NCBI GenBank assembly: GCA_020632075.1
Contig: JACKGH010000001.1
Coordinates: 195,216 to 259,215 of the forward strand
Origin: Candidatus Nomurabacteria bacterium
Lineage (GTDB): Bacteria > Patescibacteriota > Minisyncoccia > Phycocordibacterales > UBA918
Length of the DNA: 64,000 bases
Direction of reading: 5' to 3'
Every line of letters begins with the position of its first letter. Within the stretch, counting starts at the first letter, position 1. Positions 55,630 through 64,000 of the stretch are shown piece by piece. The notes under the pieces are model-generated. The model was given only the letters and a program-made list of their open reading frames with translations. It had not been told where the DNA came from and did not search any database. Made by a program: the position numbers and the translations under genes.

Positions 55630-56010
55630 ATGAACACCTACTCAATCCTGCGCGCCGCAGTTATCGGCGCAATTGCACTTCTGACCGGGTGTACTATCTA
55701 CACCCGGGACGACGGTTACTATAGCGGTGGGGGTTCTGACTACTGGGACTCGTACGACCGCTATCGCCAGTACGAGTACGATAGGAAGTATCCAATCTCG
55801 GGCAGTCACGCGCGCGATCTCGAGGCATCGATCGACAAGATGGGGCGCGTTCGTGACAAATCCATGCACGAAAAACCGAAATATGGCGCATGGGAAAAAC
55901 GCACGTTTAGCACCGATGGCAACATCGGATATGACGTGAACGGTGGCGAACGGGGCGGTGTTGACGTCCGCTGGAATACCCAGGGCTACATCCCCAACGA
56001 CCATCCTTAA
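55630..56010 (+). CDS. Small lipoprotein (lipobox LTGC), Tyr/Asp/Arg-rich
   Basis: Signal peptide ending LLTGC. GC content noticeably higher than surrounding genes. Confidence 0.55.
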   Translation: MNTYSILRAAVIGAIALLTGCTIYTRDDGYYSGGGSDYWDSYDRYRQYEYDRKYPISGSHARDLEASIDKMGRVRDKSMHEKPKYGAWEKRTFSTDGNIGYDVNGGERGGVDVRWNTQGYIPNDHP

Positions 56011-56036
56011 ACGATCTACCCAAGCAGGAGTTTCAC

Positions 56037-56330
56037 ATGACCATACGTTTTGTGACACTCCTCTTGGTAGGAGTGTGCACGCTATGTGGCGGCTGCGCGA
56101 TGCAGACTAGAACCGGAGTCTATGGCCACGGCTTTCTCTACGACGCATTCGCCGAACCTTTGGCCGAAGGCCTGGATGCAAAGAACCGAATGCTTATCGA
56201 GCCCTTCATGGGACCCGGAGACAGGTTCGAGACTCAAGGTCATGGCCACATCGACTACGGTGGTGGTGACAACCACATCATCATCGATCGAAACTACGAA
56301 GTCGGCACGAGATACCTCGTGCCACGATAA
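56037..56330 (+). CDS. Small secreted/lipoprotein-like protein (97 aa)
   Basis: Signal peptide with Cys cluster TLCGGCA. GC-rich. Confidence 0.45.
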   Translation: MTIRFVTLLLVGVCTLCGGCAMQTRTGVYGHGFLYDAFAEPLAEGLDAKNRMLIEPFMGPGDRFETQGHGHIDYGGGDNHIIIDRNYEVGTRYLVPR

Positions 56331-56440
56331 CCTCCTTTAGTTGTCTCCCCATGGGCGTCGCCTGCGCAAGCTGCGACGCCCTTTCTTATGCCCTCACACC
56401 ACCAAAATACCCGACACAAGATTGTGTCGGGTATGAGCTT

Positions 56441-57055
56441 TCAGCGCAAAACAGGTACCAGGATCCTGTCAGCATTTTCTACTTGTACTTCGTACCAGAA
56501 GATGTGACGACTATCGTCGCGGAAGCGTCGTGAAGAAGCGTCGGACAAGCTACCAACAATTCCAGATGGACGACCAGGAATGGCTGGGTAACGCACCTGT
56601 CCACGGCTAGACTTGCGCGCAAGCCAGACGATCACTGAGAATAGTTTACCCAGCAATTTTTCACGATCGTACTTGGTGCGGTTATCAACGCAGTAAAAAT
56701 GCACCTTGCAAACCCTCTCGTCGTCCATCGATATCATACTTGCAGCAAGCGGCGCATTGCCACAATTTTCATCAAGCAGGTAGATTGCGGTATACCGATC
56801 TCGTGGCTGGTCATACGTATCCTCAGCCGTCTCTGTGTCTTTGGTGGTAAGCGCCATTTTGTTATGACGAACCGCACGTGCCAACTCACCAACTTCAGTG
56901 AGCGTCAACTCACCCCAGAGTGAAGGAGCCCTTGAAAAGCCGAGCAACTCTTGAACCGAGCAAGCGAAGCATCCTTGCAAAGCATAGCGACCAATGGATA
57001 CATCATCAACAAATGTCTTCCAGACGAGCGTCGTACGAACTACTCTGATACTCAT
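56441..57055 (-). CDS. Hypothetical protein (204 aa)
   Basis: Long ORF with no recognised motifs. GC-rich. Confidence 0.45.
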   Translation of the reverse strand: MSIRVVRTTLVWKTFVDDVSIGRYALQGCFACSVQELLGFSRAPSLWGELTLTEVGELARAVRHNKMALTTKDTETAEDTYDQPRDRYTAIYLLDENCGNAPLAASMISMDDERVCKVHFYCVDNRTKYDREKLLGKLFSVIVWLARKSSRGQVRYPAIPGRPSGIVGSLSDASSRRFRDDSRHIFWYEVQVENADRILVPVLR

Positions 57056-57153
57056 GTATGACCTCCCCAGATCAAGTTTTCTATGTGCAAACTTATTGCA
57101 CTATACCGTTATCTATAAAATATTTGCAAGCGGTACGTGGTACTATGTAGCGT

Positions 57154-57993
57154 ATGCAAAGATCATTTCTTCGTGAGACCGCTGGCGTAGTGATGCGCGC
57201 GGTTGTCGTAGTGCTCACGATCGTCATTGTCGTATTTGCTATTTCTTCGCTATTTGAATCAGAACTCGGCATCAGTGATGGCAACTGTAACATTGCCGTA
57301 CTGCCCATAGAGGGAGCAATTCTCCCATATCATGGAATCGGAGATTTCGAACTCATCACCACACCAGAATCAGTCGAATCATATCTACGCGCCGTTGAAG
57401 ACGACCCAGATATTCTAGGAATACTCGTCGAGATCAACTCACCTGGTGGCACACCGGTAGCGTCAGCACGGATCGCGGAACGCTTCCGCTCAACCAACTT
57501 ACCAGTAGTTGGACTAGTGGGAGACATGGCAGCGTCAGGTGGATACATGATCGCAGCAGCGACAGACTACCTCATCGCATCACCAATGTCTGATGTAGGA
57601 AGTATCGGCGTAAACATGTCGTATGTTGAAGAGTCAGCAAAGAACGAAGAGGAAGGGTTGACCTATGTACAGCTCACTACAGGAAAATTCAAAGATACTG
57701 GTTCACCAAATCGACCGATCACTGACGAAGAACGTGAACTGCTGCTCGCTGACCTACAGATCATTCACGATGAATTTGTCGGCATGGTAGCAACCTACCG
57801 CGACTTAGACCGTATGGACGTAGAGGCCATCGCTGACGGTTCTTCTATGCCTGGTGCAAGAGCGATCAGTGCTGGACTGATTGACGCACTTGGCGGAAGA
57901 ACCGAAGCACAGGAAGCGTTTGCAAACATTCTTGAGATCGATCCTGCTTATGTACAGTTCTGCGAATACGATCAGTGGGTACTGCCATTCTAA
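57154..57993 (+). CDS. sppA: Signal peptide peptidase SppA (S49 family, 36K type)
   Basis: N-terminal TM. GILVEINSPGGTPVASARIAERF...VVGLVGDMAASGGYMIAAATDYLIASP contains the Ser-Lys dyad region. Confidence 0.8.
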   Translation: MQRSFLRETAGVVMRAVVVVLTIVIVVFAISSLFESELGISDGNCNIAVLPIEGAILPYHGIGDFELITTPESVESYLRAVEDDPDILGILVEINSPGGTPVASARIAERFRSTNLPVVGLVGDMAASGGYMIAAATDYLIASPMSDVGSIGVNMSYVEESAKNEEEGLTYVQLTTGKFKDTGSPNRPITDEERELLLADLQIIHDEFVGMVATYRDLDRMDVEAIADGSSMPGARAISAGLIDALGGRTEAQEAFANILEIDPAYVQFCEYDQWVLPF

Positions 57994-58124
57994 GTGAAAT
58001 TGACATTTTTATAGCAAGCGCTAGTATGACATAGCGTGCGAGAGGGGAGGCACGATCACCTCCTCACTGCTTGCTCTGCAGCACTGGTGCTCGTCCAAAC
58101 ACGGGACCCCTCTCGCACGCCCAA

Positions 58125-58151
58125 GGCCCGCCAACTCTACGGGCCTTTTCT
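58125..58151 (+). terminator. Plus-strand rho-independent terminator (GGCCCG / CGGGCC, then TTTTCT)
   Basis: Follows sppA. Half of a convergent pair with the next feature. Confidence 0.6.
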
Positions 58152-58152
58152 A

Positions 58153-58188
58153 ATGAAAAACCCCGTCGCAAAGGATTGCGCGACGGGG
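58153..58188 (-). terminator. Minus-strand rho-independent terminator (CCCCGTCGC / GCGACGGGG with a T-run on the minus strand)
   Basis: Perfect 9-bp GC stem. The plus strand shows AAAAA before the stem. Confidence 0.7.
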
Positions 58189-58213
58189 TGTGCCACAAAC
58201 GGCTAGCTTCTGC

Positions 58214-58411
58214 TTATACCCTTACAGGCATAGCATACTTCCGACATTCGAAACTCCATGGGAGTTCCACGCACCGTTCTGGTGCCCCCTGTTGCAGGGA
58301 ACCGTCCTGGTAGTATGTCGGCTCAGCCGGCCGTTGTGGTTCTAAGGACGCGCAGCCCGTGGCTATTGTTGCCACTGTAACTAGCGCTAGCATCGTACTT
58401 AACTTGCCCAT
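58214..58411 (-). CDS. Small lipoprotein (~65 aa, MGKLSTMLALVTVATIATGC...)
   Basis: Signal peptide with lipobox IATGC. The start is chosen at the internal Met. The upstream part of the track ORF has no signal-peptide logic. Confidence 0.5.
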   Translation of the reverse strand: MGKLSTMLALVTVATIATGCASLEPQRPAEPTYYQDGSLQQGAPERCVELPWSFECRKYAMPVRV

Positions 58412-58688
58412 TTTTATACCTCCGATGATATGAGGGCTAAGGCCCGCAATATCGCGGGCACCTATAATAAAACACGAAAATAATGTTATGGCAATAGTGT
58501 AGTTACTTGACAAATTTAACGCCTCTGCTAGACTATTGACAGCATTGTACTTAAGACTATTTTTCCTTTTTTTGGAAACGGCGGCTTTCGTTTCGGTTTA
58601 ATCCGATGAACCAAACGAAAGACGCCTTTTCTTTTTGTACAAAAACTCATTCGCTATTTTTAAACTTTTCTGCTATTTTATCCGCACT

Positions 58689-59789
58689 ATGTCACTATCT
58701 GTAGGAATTGTCGGGCTCCCAAACGTTGGGAAATCAACCCTTTTTAATGCCCTTACCAAAAACTCAGTCGAGATGGCTAACTATCCGTTTTGTACGATCG
58801 ACCCATCAGTGGGTGTTGTTGCCGTACCTGACAACCGCCTCGAGACACTCTCAAAGATCTCTGGCTCTGCAGATATCTTGCCGGCAGTGGTGGAGTTTGT
58901 GGATATTGCTGGTCTTGTAAAGGGAGCTTCAGCTGGTGAAGGGCTTGGCAACAAGTTCCTCGCAAACATTCGTGAGACCAACATGATTGCCGAAGTGGTG
59001 CGCATCTTTGAAGACAGTGACATTCACCATGTATCTGGGGGAGTCGATCCACTTGGCGACATCGAAACTATCAACCTCGAACTCATCATGGCTGACGCTG
59101 AAACAGTGAGCAAGCGACTGAATAACCTGGAGCGAGATGTGAAGCGCGGCGACAAAGCAGCTGTGGCAGAGAAAGCAGTACTCGACAAACTACTCCCACA
59201 CCTTGAAGCTGGCCATCTCGCCAACGCACTCGGCATGACTGACGACGAACTGAAGCTGGTGAAGGGCTTGCACTTACTCACCATGAAGCCATTCTTGTAC
59301 GTCTGTAACAAGAAGCAAGACGCTTTCAACCTAGACGAACATAATGACGATCGCTGGCAAGAACTGTTGCAATTCTTTGCGGACACTGGCTCTGAGTACG
59401 TAGTAGTAGATGCTGGCATGGAACACGAACTCAAAGATCTCTCAGACGATGAGAAGAACGAGTTTCGTCGTGAGTATGGTGCACAAGACAGTGGAGTAGA
59501 ATCGCTTATCCGCGCTGCATACCACCGCCTTGGACTGATGAGTTATTTCACTACTGGCGAAAAGGAGACACGTGCGTGGACTGTACCAATCGGCTCAACT
59601 GGGCCAGAGGCGGGTGCAGCCATCCACACAGACTTCCAAGATAAATATATTCGTGCGCAGGTGGTTGCTTTTGAAGACTTAGTTGCAGCTGGCAGTAAAG
59701 CAGCCGCTCGCGACCAAGGCAAACTTCGCACTGAGGGAAAGGACTACATTGTCCAAGATGGAGACGTGATCGAATTCATGCACTCGTAA
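58689..59789 (+). CDS. ychF: Redox-regulated ribosome-binding ATPase YchF (Obg-like ATPase)
   Basis: G1 GIVGLPNVGKSTLFNALT, G3 DIAGLV, the YchF-specific helical insertion, and a TGS domain at the C-terminus. The start is at MSLSVGIVG. Confidence 0.9.
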   Translation: MSLSVGIVGLPNVGKSTLFNALTKNSVEMANYPFCTIDPSVGVVAVPDNRLETLSKISGSADILPAVVEFVDIAGLVKGASAGEGLGNKFLANIRETNMIAEVVRIFEDSDIHHVSGGVDPLGDIETINLELIMADAETVSKRLNNLERDVKRGDKAAVAEKAVLDKLLPHLEAGHLANALGMTDDELKLVKGLHLLTMKPFLYVCNKKQDAFNLDEHNDDRWQELLQFFADTGSEYVVVDAGMEHELKDLSDDEKNEFRREYGAQDSGVESLIRAAYHRLGLMSYFTTGEKETRAWTVPIGSTGPEAGAAIHTDFQDKYIRAQVVAFEDLVAAGSKAAARDQGKLRTEGKDYIVQDGDVIEFMHS

Positions 59790-60010
59790 TGTACATTCGC
59801 GTACGAGTAAAAGCAGGAGCAAGAAAGGAGTCAGTCTCGCGCGTCAGTGAGACTGAATTTCATATGAGTGTCCGCGAACCCGCTGAACGGAATATGGCGA
59901 ATAAGCGAGTGCGGGAGCTTTTGGCGGGCGCCGTAGGCGCCCGCCCGGAAGACGTGAAGATCATCACCGGCCACCACTCACCAACAAAGATATTTGATGT
60001 GCCAGAATAG
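59789..60010 (+). CDS. DUF167 (YggU-family) small protein
   Basis: MYIRVRVKAGARKE...HMSVREPAERNMANKRVRELLAGAVGARPEDVKIITGHHSPTKIF matches the YggU/DUF167 pattern. Confidence 0.65.
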   Translation: MYIRVRVKAGARKESVSRVSETEFHMSVREPAERNMANKRVRELLAGAVGARPEDVKIITGHHSPTKIFDVPE

Positions 60011-60037
60011 AAAACTCCCCGGTTTTAGCGGGGAGTT
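60011..60037. terminator. Hairpin CTCCCCG / CGGGGAG between convergent genes, with a T-run mainly on the minus-strand transcript
   Basis: GAAAACTCCCCGGTTTTAGCGGGGAGTTG. Confidence 0.55.
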
Positions 60038-60050
60038 GAATTGGTCATCC

Positions 60051-60743
60051 TTAGCGACCATTTTTCTTACGGAACCAAGTACGACGCAATTCTTGGATCA
60101 TTGAAGACGAGACACCGTACTCGTTAAGGAGCCAGTCTGGGTCTTCGGCCGGAAGTAAGAACACTTCACACACAGCGTCGTCGGGGACGTGCTCGAAGCC
60201 CTCAGTGGTCTTTTGTACGCGACCAAACAACGTGTGCACCGAGTACAGAGGTCCGGCTGTAAGCCACGACTCATCGTGTGTCCGAGTCGCCGGCATGAAG
60301 ACTTCACCACTGCGATACTCTGACCACTGGAAATGACCAGGCTCGACTGGCAGCCGCATTGAGATGCTGTCGATGTCGAACTCCGCTAAGTCCTTGCGCA
60401 AGGTGGCAAGCTGCACCATACGCAGCATGCCAAAACCTTCTTCATCGTAGTAACCAGCCTTTTTGACAACCAATATCTCACGGCCCGGAAACCTCATTCC
60501 AAGAGAGTGAATAACCCGATAGTTGAACTCCAGCACTTGTTCATCGAAAATGCCATCACAAGCCACCAGACAAAAGTCTTTGACCGGATCGCCAGTTGAC
60601 CAACCATCGATAAGGTCGAGTACAGTATCTTGACCAAGCTCATCGAGCTGATCGTTCATACGTCTGACTTTGCGGGAAAGACCCATAATACGACGCATTC
60701 TTGCCGGAAGGTACTGTTCTGCAGTGCGTTGGTTTACTTTCAT
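60051..60743 (-). CDS. Hypothetical protein (230 aa)
   Basis: Long ORF with a terminator downstream. No family recognised. Confidence 0.5.
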   Translation of the reverse strand: MKVNQRTAEQYLPARMRRIMGLSRKVRRMNDQLDELGQDTVLDLIDGWSTGDPVKDFCLVACDGIFDEQVLEFNYRVIHSLGMRFPGREILVVKKAGYYDEEGFGMLRMVQLATLRKDLAEFDIDSISMRLPVEPGHFQWSEYRSGEVFMPATRTHDESWLTAGPLYSVHTLFGRVQKTTEGFEHVPDDAVCEVFLLPAEDPDWLLNEYGVSSSMIQELRRTWFRKKNGR

Positions 60744-60865
60744 CCTACACCTCGCAAATTGACTATGTGTAACTATATGGACTTGTGCTGAGGAGTCAAG
60801 AGTGGGGTGAAGAAAAACGGCGGGCCCACTTCGTGGGCCCGCCGTTTTTCTTTCTGTCGCAACCT

Positions 60866-61135
60866 CTAACTCAACTCAGTTGGGGGATTCGCGCGCTGCA
60901 CAGGACTCACGATATTCGGATCCCATTTCGCATCGATCTCACCATTCTTATCTTCAAATTCCTTCACCTGATGCTCCAGATATTGCTGTAATCGCTTTGC
61001 ATGCTGTGGCGTAAGTGTGTAAATCGTACCCTGGCTACCGGAGGTAAGACCAACCACAAAATATTCAGGAGTGTATGCAACACTCACGCTTTCACAAAAT
61101 AACTTCGGCGCTTTCTTTAGATCTTCTTGTTTCAT
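60866..61135 (-). CDS. DUF3467-family small protein
   Basis: SVSVAYTPEYFVVGLTSGSQGTIYTLTPQHAKRLQQYLEHQVKEFEDKNGEI matches the DUF3467 pattern (xSPxEFVxDF...TPQHAKRLL...). The start is chosen at the internal Met (MKQEDLKK). Track coordinates are used. Confidence 0.6.
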   Translation of the reverse strand: MKQEDLKKAPKLFCESVSVAYTPEYFVVGLTSGSQGTIYTLTPQHAKRLQQYLEHQVKEFEDKNGEIDAKWDPNIVSPVQRANPPTELS

Positions 61136-61240
61136 ACCGACCAGTATAGCGCTTGAAACGAAATACACAAAAGCTTGCATTACTACTAGTAGAGGAGCAC
61201 AATGCATATAACAACTTACTAGGCCTAAATCTATTTATTT

Positions 61241-62206
61241 ATGAAATTTCGTACGTTTGTAGCGCCAGCATTCGTCTTGATGCTCGCGTTTACAATGACT
61301 TTTGCCGCAACCACACCTGCATACGCAGACTGTAGTGAAAACGGCTATTATCACTCACAAGGCAAGTGCAACAATTCATATAAGGACCGAGGCCGAGATG
61401 ATGATCGCGAGTATGCGTATCAGTACACAAACCGATTCTATGGTCTCCAGGACCAGAATTTGCTCAGTTTGATCTCGTACTTGCAGGAACTTATCCGTCA
61501 GCTTGAGTCTCAGGTAGGCGAAAATAGTAATGTACAAGTAACTACCCGAAGCGCAGTCGATGTAGATGAAGACACTGCAACCCTACGCGGTCATGTCTAC
61601 CTTGGCAACGCTGACGAGGCGGAAGTGTACTTCAAGTACGGCACCTCACGAACTGATCTAGATGAAGAAACAGATCATCAGACCATCGACGAAAACGACA
61701 GCACCTACTTCGAGGAGGATATCGATGATCTCGATGACAATACACTCTACTACTTCCGCGCCGTAGCTGAAGACGAAGATGGGGACGAGGACTATGGGGT
61801 CATCTATTCATTCCGCACTGATGACTCAAATAGCAATCTCGACGAACCAACCCTCAATACTCACAACGCTGAAGATGTAACTGACGACAGTGCAGAATTA
61901 CATGGTGTCGTTGATATGAATGACTTTAACAATGGTCGTGTGTTCTTTGTCTATGGTGAAGACGAGAATGCGATCGAAGACGTTGTTGACGATTTCAACT
62001 CATACAGTGCTATTGATGAGGATGGTGACAACCTGCAGAAAGTCTTGGTCGATAGCGACTTAGACACCAGCGCAACCTACCAGAAAGACGTGACGGGACT
62101 CGACGACAACACCGACATCTACTACAGCATCTGTGTTGAGTACGATGATGCAGACGATGATGCCGTACTTGCCTGTGGTGATATTGAGATGTTCACGACT
62201 GATTAA
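61241..62206 (+). CDS. Secreted, extremely acidic (Asp/Glu-rich) repeat protein
   Basis: Signal peptide ending AYA. Two ~90-aa internal repeats containing YYF.AVAEDEDGDEDYGVIYSF and IYYSICVEYDDADDD. Confidence 0.6.
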   Translation: MKFRTFVAPAFVLMLAFTMTFAATTPAYADCSENGYYHSQGKCNNSYKDRGRDDDREYAYQYTNRFYGLQDQNLLSLISYLQELIRQLESQVGENSNVQVTTRSAVDVDEDTATLRGHVYLGNADEAEVYFKYGTSRTDLDEETDHQTIDENDSTYFEEDIDDLDDNTLYYFRAVAEDEDGDEDYGVIYSFRTDDSNSNLDEPTLNTHNAEDVTDDSAELHGVVDMNDFNNGRVFFVYGEDENAIEDVVDDFNSYSAIDEDGDNLQKVLVDSDLDTSATYQKDVTGLDDNTDIYYSICVEYDDADDDAVLACGDIEMFTTD

Positions 62207-62212
62207 TACAGT

Positions 62213-62245
62213 GGCCGGCGCCTTCGGCGCCGGCCAGATATTCCA
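62213..62245 (+). terminator. GC-rich hairpin terminator (GGCCGGCGCC ttcg GCGCCGGCC), weak U-tract
   Basis: Read from the sequence. The same stem sequence recurs at 63212. Confidence 0.5.
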
Positions 62246-62281
62246 CAAACACCAACGCATTACTAAGTTAGAATACACAAT

Positions 62282-63202
62282 ATGGAAAATCACACAGCAA
62301 AACACTTCGTGCTCCAGCTTGGCTCGCTGGCAAGCCTATACTTATCGCTCAGCTTCTTACTCGTACTCTTATTTGGACTGATCAACATCCTGTATCCAGA
62401 TGCTGCAGATACCATCTGGGAGATCGAAAACGCAAACGGCATGGTACGTGTCGGTTTTGCGATGACCATTGTATTCTTTCCGACCTATCTGATCCTGACC
62501 CGCATTGTAAACAAAACCCGTCGCAAGGAACCAGACGGTAAGTACCTCGGACTAACCAAGTGGCTGATCTATCTCTCACTGCTCGTAGGCGGAGCAGTCC
62601 TACTTGGAGACCTAGTTTCGGTCATCATCAAGTATCTAGAGGGTGAGGTTACGGAACGCTTCCTGATGAAAGCCTTTTCGGTCTTAGTAGTGGTCGGTGC
62701 TGCTTTCAACTACTACATGCTTGACGCGCGCGGTCATTGGCTGAAAAAAGAAAAGAAATCGATCGAGTACGGAATAGTAACAAGCATCGCGGTAGTAATC
62801 CTACTCGTAACTGGAATTCTCTCGATTGACTCACCAACCAAGTTCCGCGAATACCGACTCGATCAGACACAGATCAGTGACCTACAAAATATCCAATGGC
62901 AGATCCAAGATTATCTTGCGATCAATAATGAACTCCCGACTGACCTAGAAACTATAGCGACCATCAAACTACCAACCGCACCTGAAGACAGACAGCCGTA
63001 CGAGTACCATCTGACCGAAAATGGATTCGAGCTATGCGCTGAATTTGCTGGAGAATCAAGACCAGAAGACATGATGTATGCTCGCACAGTTATGCCGGTA
63101 GGTCAGACGGGGTACATCATAAACCCAGACAACTGGGAACACCCGGAAGGAGAATACTGCTTCGAGCGGGTAGTACAACTTGAGACAAAAGAAGGGGAGT
63201 AG
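62282..63202 (+). CDS. Hypothetical integral membrane protein (5 TM) with C-terminal soluble domain
   Basis: Hydrophobicity pattern. No family recognised. Confidence 0.55.
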   Translation: MENHTAKHFVLQLGSLASLYLSLSFLLVLLFGLINILYPDAADTIWEIENANGMVRVGFAMTIVFFPTYLILTRIVNKTRRKEPDGKYLGLTKWLIYLSLLVGGAVLLGDLVSVIIKYLEGEVTERFLMKAFSVLVVVGAAFNYYMLDARGHWLKKEKKSIEYGIVTSIAVVILLVTGILSIDSPTKFREYRLDQTQISDLQNIQWQIQDYLAINNELPTDLETIATIKLPTAPEDRQPYEYHLTENGFELCAEFAGESRPEDMMYARTVMPVGQTGYIINPDNWEHPEGEYCFERVVQLETKEGE

Positions 63203-63211
63203 AGGAATAGT

Positions 63212-63245
63212 AAAGGCCGGCGCCAAAGGCGCCGGCCTTTACTAT
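63212..63245 (+). terminator. Rho-independent terminator (AAAGGCCGGCGCC aaa GGCGCCGGCCTTT)
   Basis: Perfect 13-bp palindrome arms with flanking A and T runs. Confidence 0.75.
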
Positions 63246-63294
63246 TCACCACCACACGCTATAGTACGAATCGGACTACACGAGGTGTACAGCC

Positions 63295-63585
63295 ATGAGT
63301 AAGACAGACTTTGGCATTCTTGGTGCCGCGATCATAACCGCCCTTACTTCAACCTGCGCCATCTACTTTCTGATCTTTGCACCACAGATCGATTTTGAGA
63401 CACTCGGCCTCAGTCGCTTCACGGCATGCAGCCTCACGTTTGTGTCCCTGCTTGCCATTTCGTACGGCATCATCAGTGGCCGACTACAAGCCAACAAGTC
63501 AGACCAAAACCCTCTCACCCAAGCAGCAAATACTGCGACACTACTGTTTCTCACAGTGGTTGCGGTTGGACTGCTTCAACAGTAG
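63295..63585 (+). CDS. Small three-TM membrane protein
   Basis: Three hydrophobic helices. Confidence 0.45.
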   Translation: MSKTDFGILGAAIITALTSTCAIYFLIFAPQIDFETLGLSRFTACSLTFVSLLAISYGIISGRLQANKSDQNPLTQAANTATLLFLTVVAVGLLQQ

Positions 63586-63594
63586 GAGCATTGA

Positions 63595-63723
63595 ATGAAA
63601 GACAGTAAACCAACAGCAAAGCGAAGGGTTGGTGAAGTGCTGGCTGAATCACGCATCTTCAGTTGGAGCGTAATCGCTTCACTTCTACTGCTTTTGCTTT
63701 CAATCGTGATGGAACACACTTAA
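63595..63723 (+). CDS. Small membrane peptide (42 aa, MKDSKPTAKRRVGEVLAESRIFSWSVIASLLLLLLSIVMEHT), not in the ORF track
   Basis: AGGAGCA Shine-Dalgarno 5 nt upstream of the ATG. One TM. A terminator follows immediately. Confidence 0.4.
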   Translation: MKDSKPTAKRRVGEVLAESRIFSWSVIASLLLLLLSIVMEHT

Positions 63724-63732
63724 AATGTGTGA

Positions 63733-63758
63733 GACCGGCTCATTGAGCCGGTTTTTTG
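63733..63758 (+). terminator. Rho-independent terminator (GACCGGCTC att GAGCCGGT, then TTTTTTG)
   Basis: Read from the sequence. Confidence 0.8.
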
Positions 63759-63804
63759 ACAACACGCCTCCGACTATAGTAACTTTATAAAAATTCACAA
63801 AATT

Positions 63805-64000
63805 ATGAGCTATATTACTGATGCACTGAGCTGGCTAGAAACGAATTCTGACACACTAATGGTTGTTGCAACATACGGACTTCTAGCAGTAGCAGTCTTG
63901 GCCTTGAGGCAGATATCTGAGGCACGTCGAACGCGGACAAATCAAGCCAAGAGAGATTCTATGGAGTATGCCGACAGGATCATCAGCTACCATCTCAACA
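63805..64000 (+). CDS. Hypothetical protein, 3' partial (continues past the window end)
   Basis: ATG at 63805 with an N-terminal TM (MSYITDALSWLETNSDTLMVVATYGLLAVAVLAL). Confidence 0.4.
   Translation, partial: MSYITDALSWLETNSDTLMVVATYGLLAVAVLALRQISEARRTRTNQAKRDSMEYADRIISYHLN

Noticed and set aside
58071-58313. 80-aa Pro/Arg/Gly-rich plus-strand ORF.
   Set aside because: It lies across two convergent terminator hairpins and the 14-bp inverted repeat. Its composition is that of translated GC-rich structure, not protein.
58000-58640. Possible RNase P RNA, SRP RNA, tmRNA or 6S RNA in the GC-rich structured intergenic region after sppA.
   Set aside because: I looked for the universal RNase P (GGAAAGUCCGG, ACAGAA.CCGGCUUA), SRP domain IV (GGAAGCAGCCAAGG) and tmRNA tag/acceptor motifs on both strands and found none. 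The hairpins are adequately explained as convergent terminators.
61150-61245. Apparent 2-nt disagreement between ORF-track coordinates and my hand-counted positions around 61150-61241.
   Set aside because: The track matches the sequence exactly elsewhere (for example 62282, 60866, 47558). I treat this as my own counting error. Track coordinates are used for CDSs there, and hand-placed features carry a +/-2 nt caveat.
1-64000. CRISPR arrays, transposases, integrases, rRNA.
   Set aside because: No regularly spaced short direct repeats, no DDE or tyrosine-recombinase motifs, and no rRNA-like conserved blocks were seen anywhere in the window.

Overview
The window is a low-to-mid GC, gene-dense bacterial chromosomal segment. 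Its features point to a Patescibacteria/CPR-like or otherwise monoderm organism, but this is an inference. The supporting features are a truncated UvrC (GIY-YIG plus endonuclease domain, no helix-hairpin-helix tail), many N-terminal TM-anchored secreted proteins, a type IV pilin, an RND pump with a membrane-fusion adaptor but no outer-membrane factor, and giant low-complexity surface proteins.

Roughly 1-25.6 kb is a large cell-surface island:
- an Fn3-repeat protein (5' partial);
- an FtsEX/MacB-type ABC pair;
- a Thr/Cys-rich secreted protein;
- three paralogous membrane-anchored proteins with DUF916/DUF3324-like architecture (one of them fused to a LytR_C domain);
- a small and a giant (2379 aa) protein whose C-termini share a divergent WxL-like domain in which the Trp positions are Phe/Tyr;
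- three proteins with cohesin-like N-terminal domains, two membrane-anchored;
- two proteins with textbook dockerin calcium-binding repeat pairs, one of which also carries a cohesin-like domain;
- an acidic PD40 beta-propeller protein.

I read this as a Csc/WxL-like surface complex combined with a cohesin-dockerin-like assembly, and it is the most interesting content of the window.

The rest is mostly housekeeping:
- envelope and redox genes (TlpA-like thioredoxin, AI-2E transporter, CapA, FKBP);
- tgt preceded by a structured leader with mutually exclusive pairings, then a RelA/SpoT-type HD hydrolase;
- uvrA, uvrB and uvrC dispersed across the segment;
- a sensor kinase, a dual-receiver protein, and a histone-H1-like/TSP3-repeat membrane protein;
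- a nucleotide-sugar dehydrogenase-like gene and ddl;
- two tRNA-Ala genes (TGC and GGC), with a duplicated 3' fragment of the first that looks like an integration scar, and a rhodanese;
- a HAD-IIB hydrolase, the RND efflux pair, a flavodoxin-like NAD(P)H oxidoreductase, small lipoproteins, SppA, ychF, DUF167 and DUF3467 proteins, and acidic and membrane hypotheticals.

Many GC-rich intrinsic terminators share GCCGGC-type stems. No CRISPR array, transposase, integrase or rRNA was seen.

Coordinates located by hand (tRNAs, hairpins, promoters) are accurate to about +/-2 nt. CDS coordinates follow the ORF track except where a better internal start is argued.
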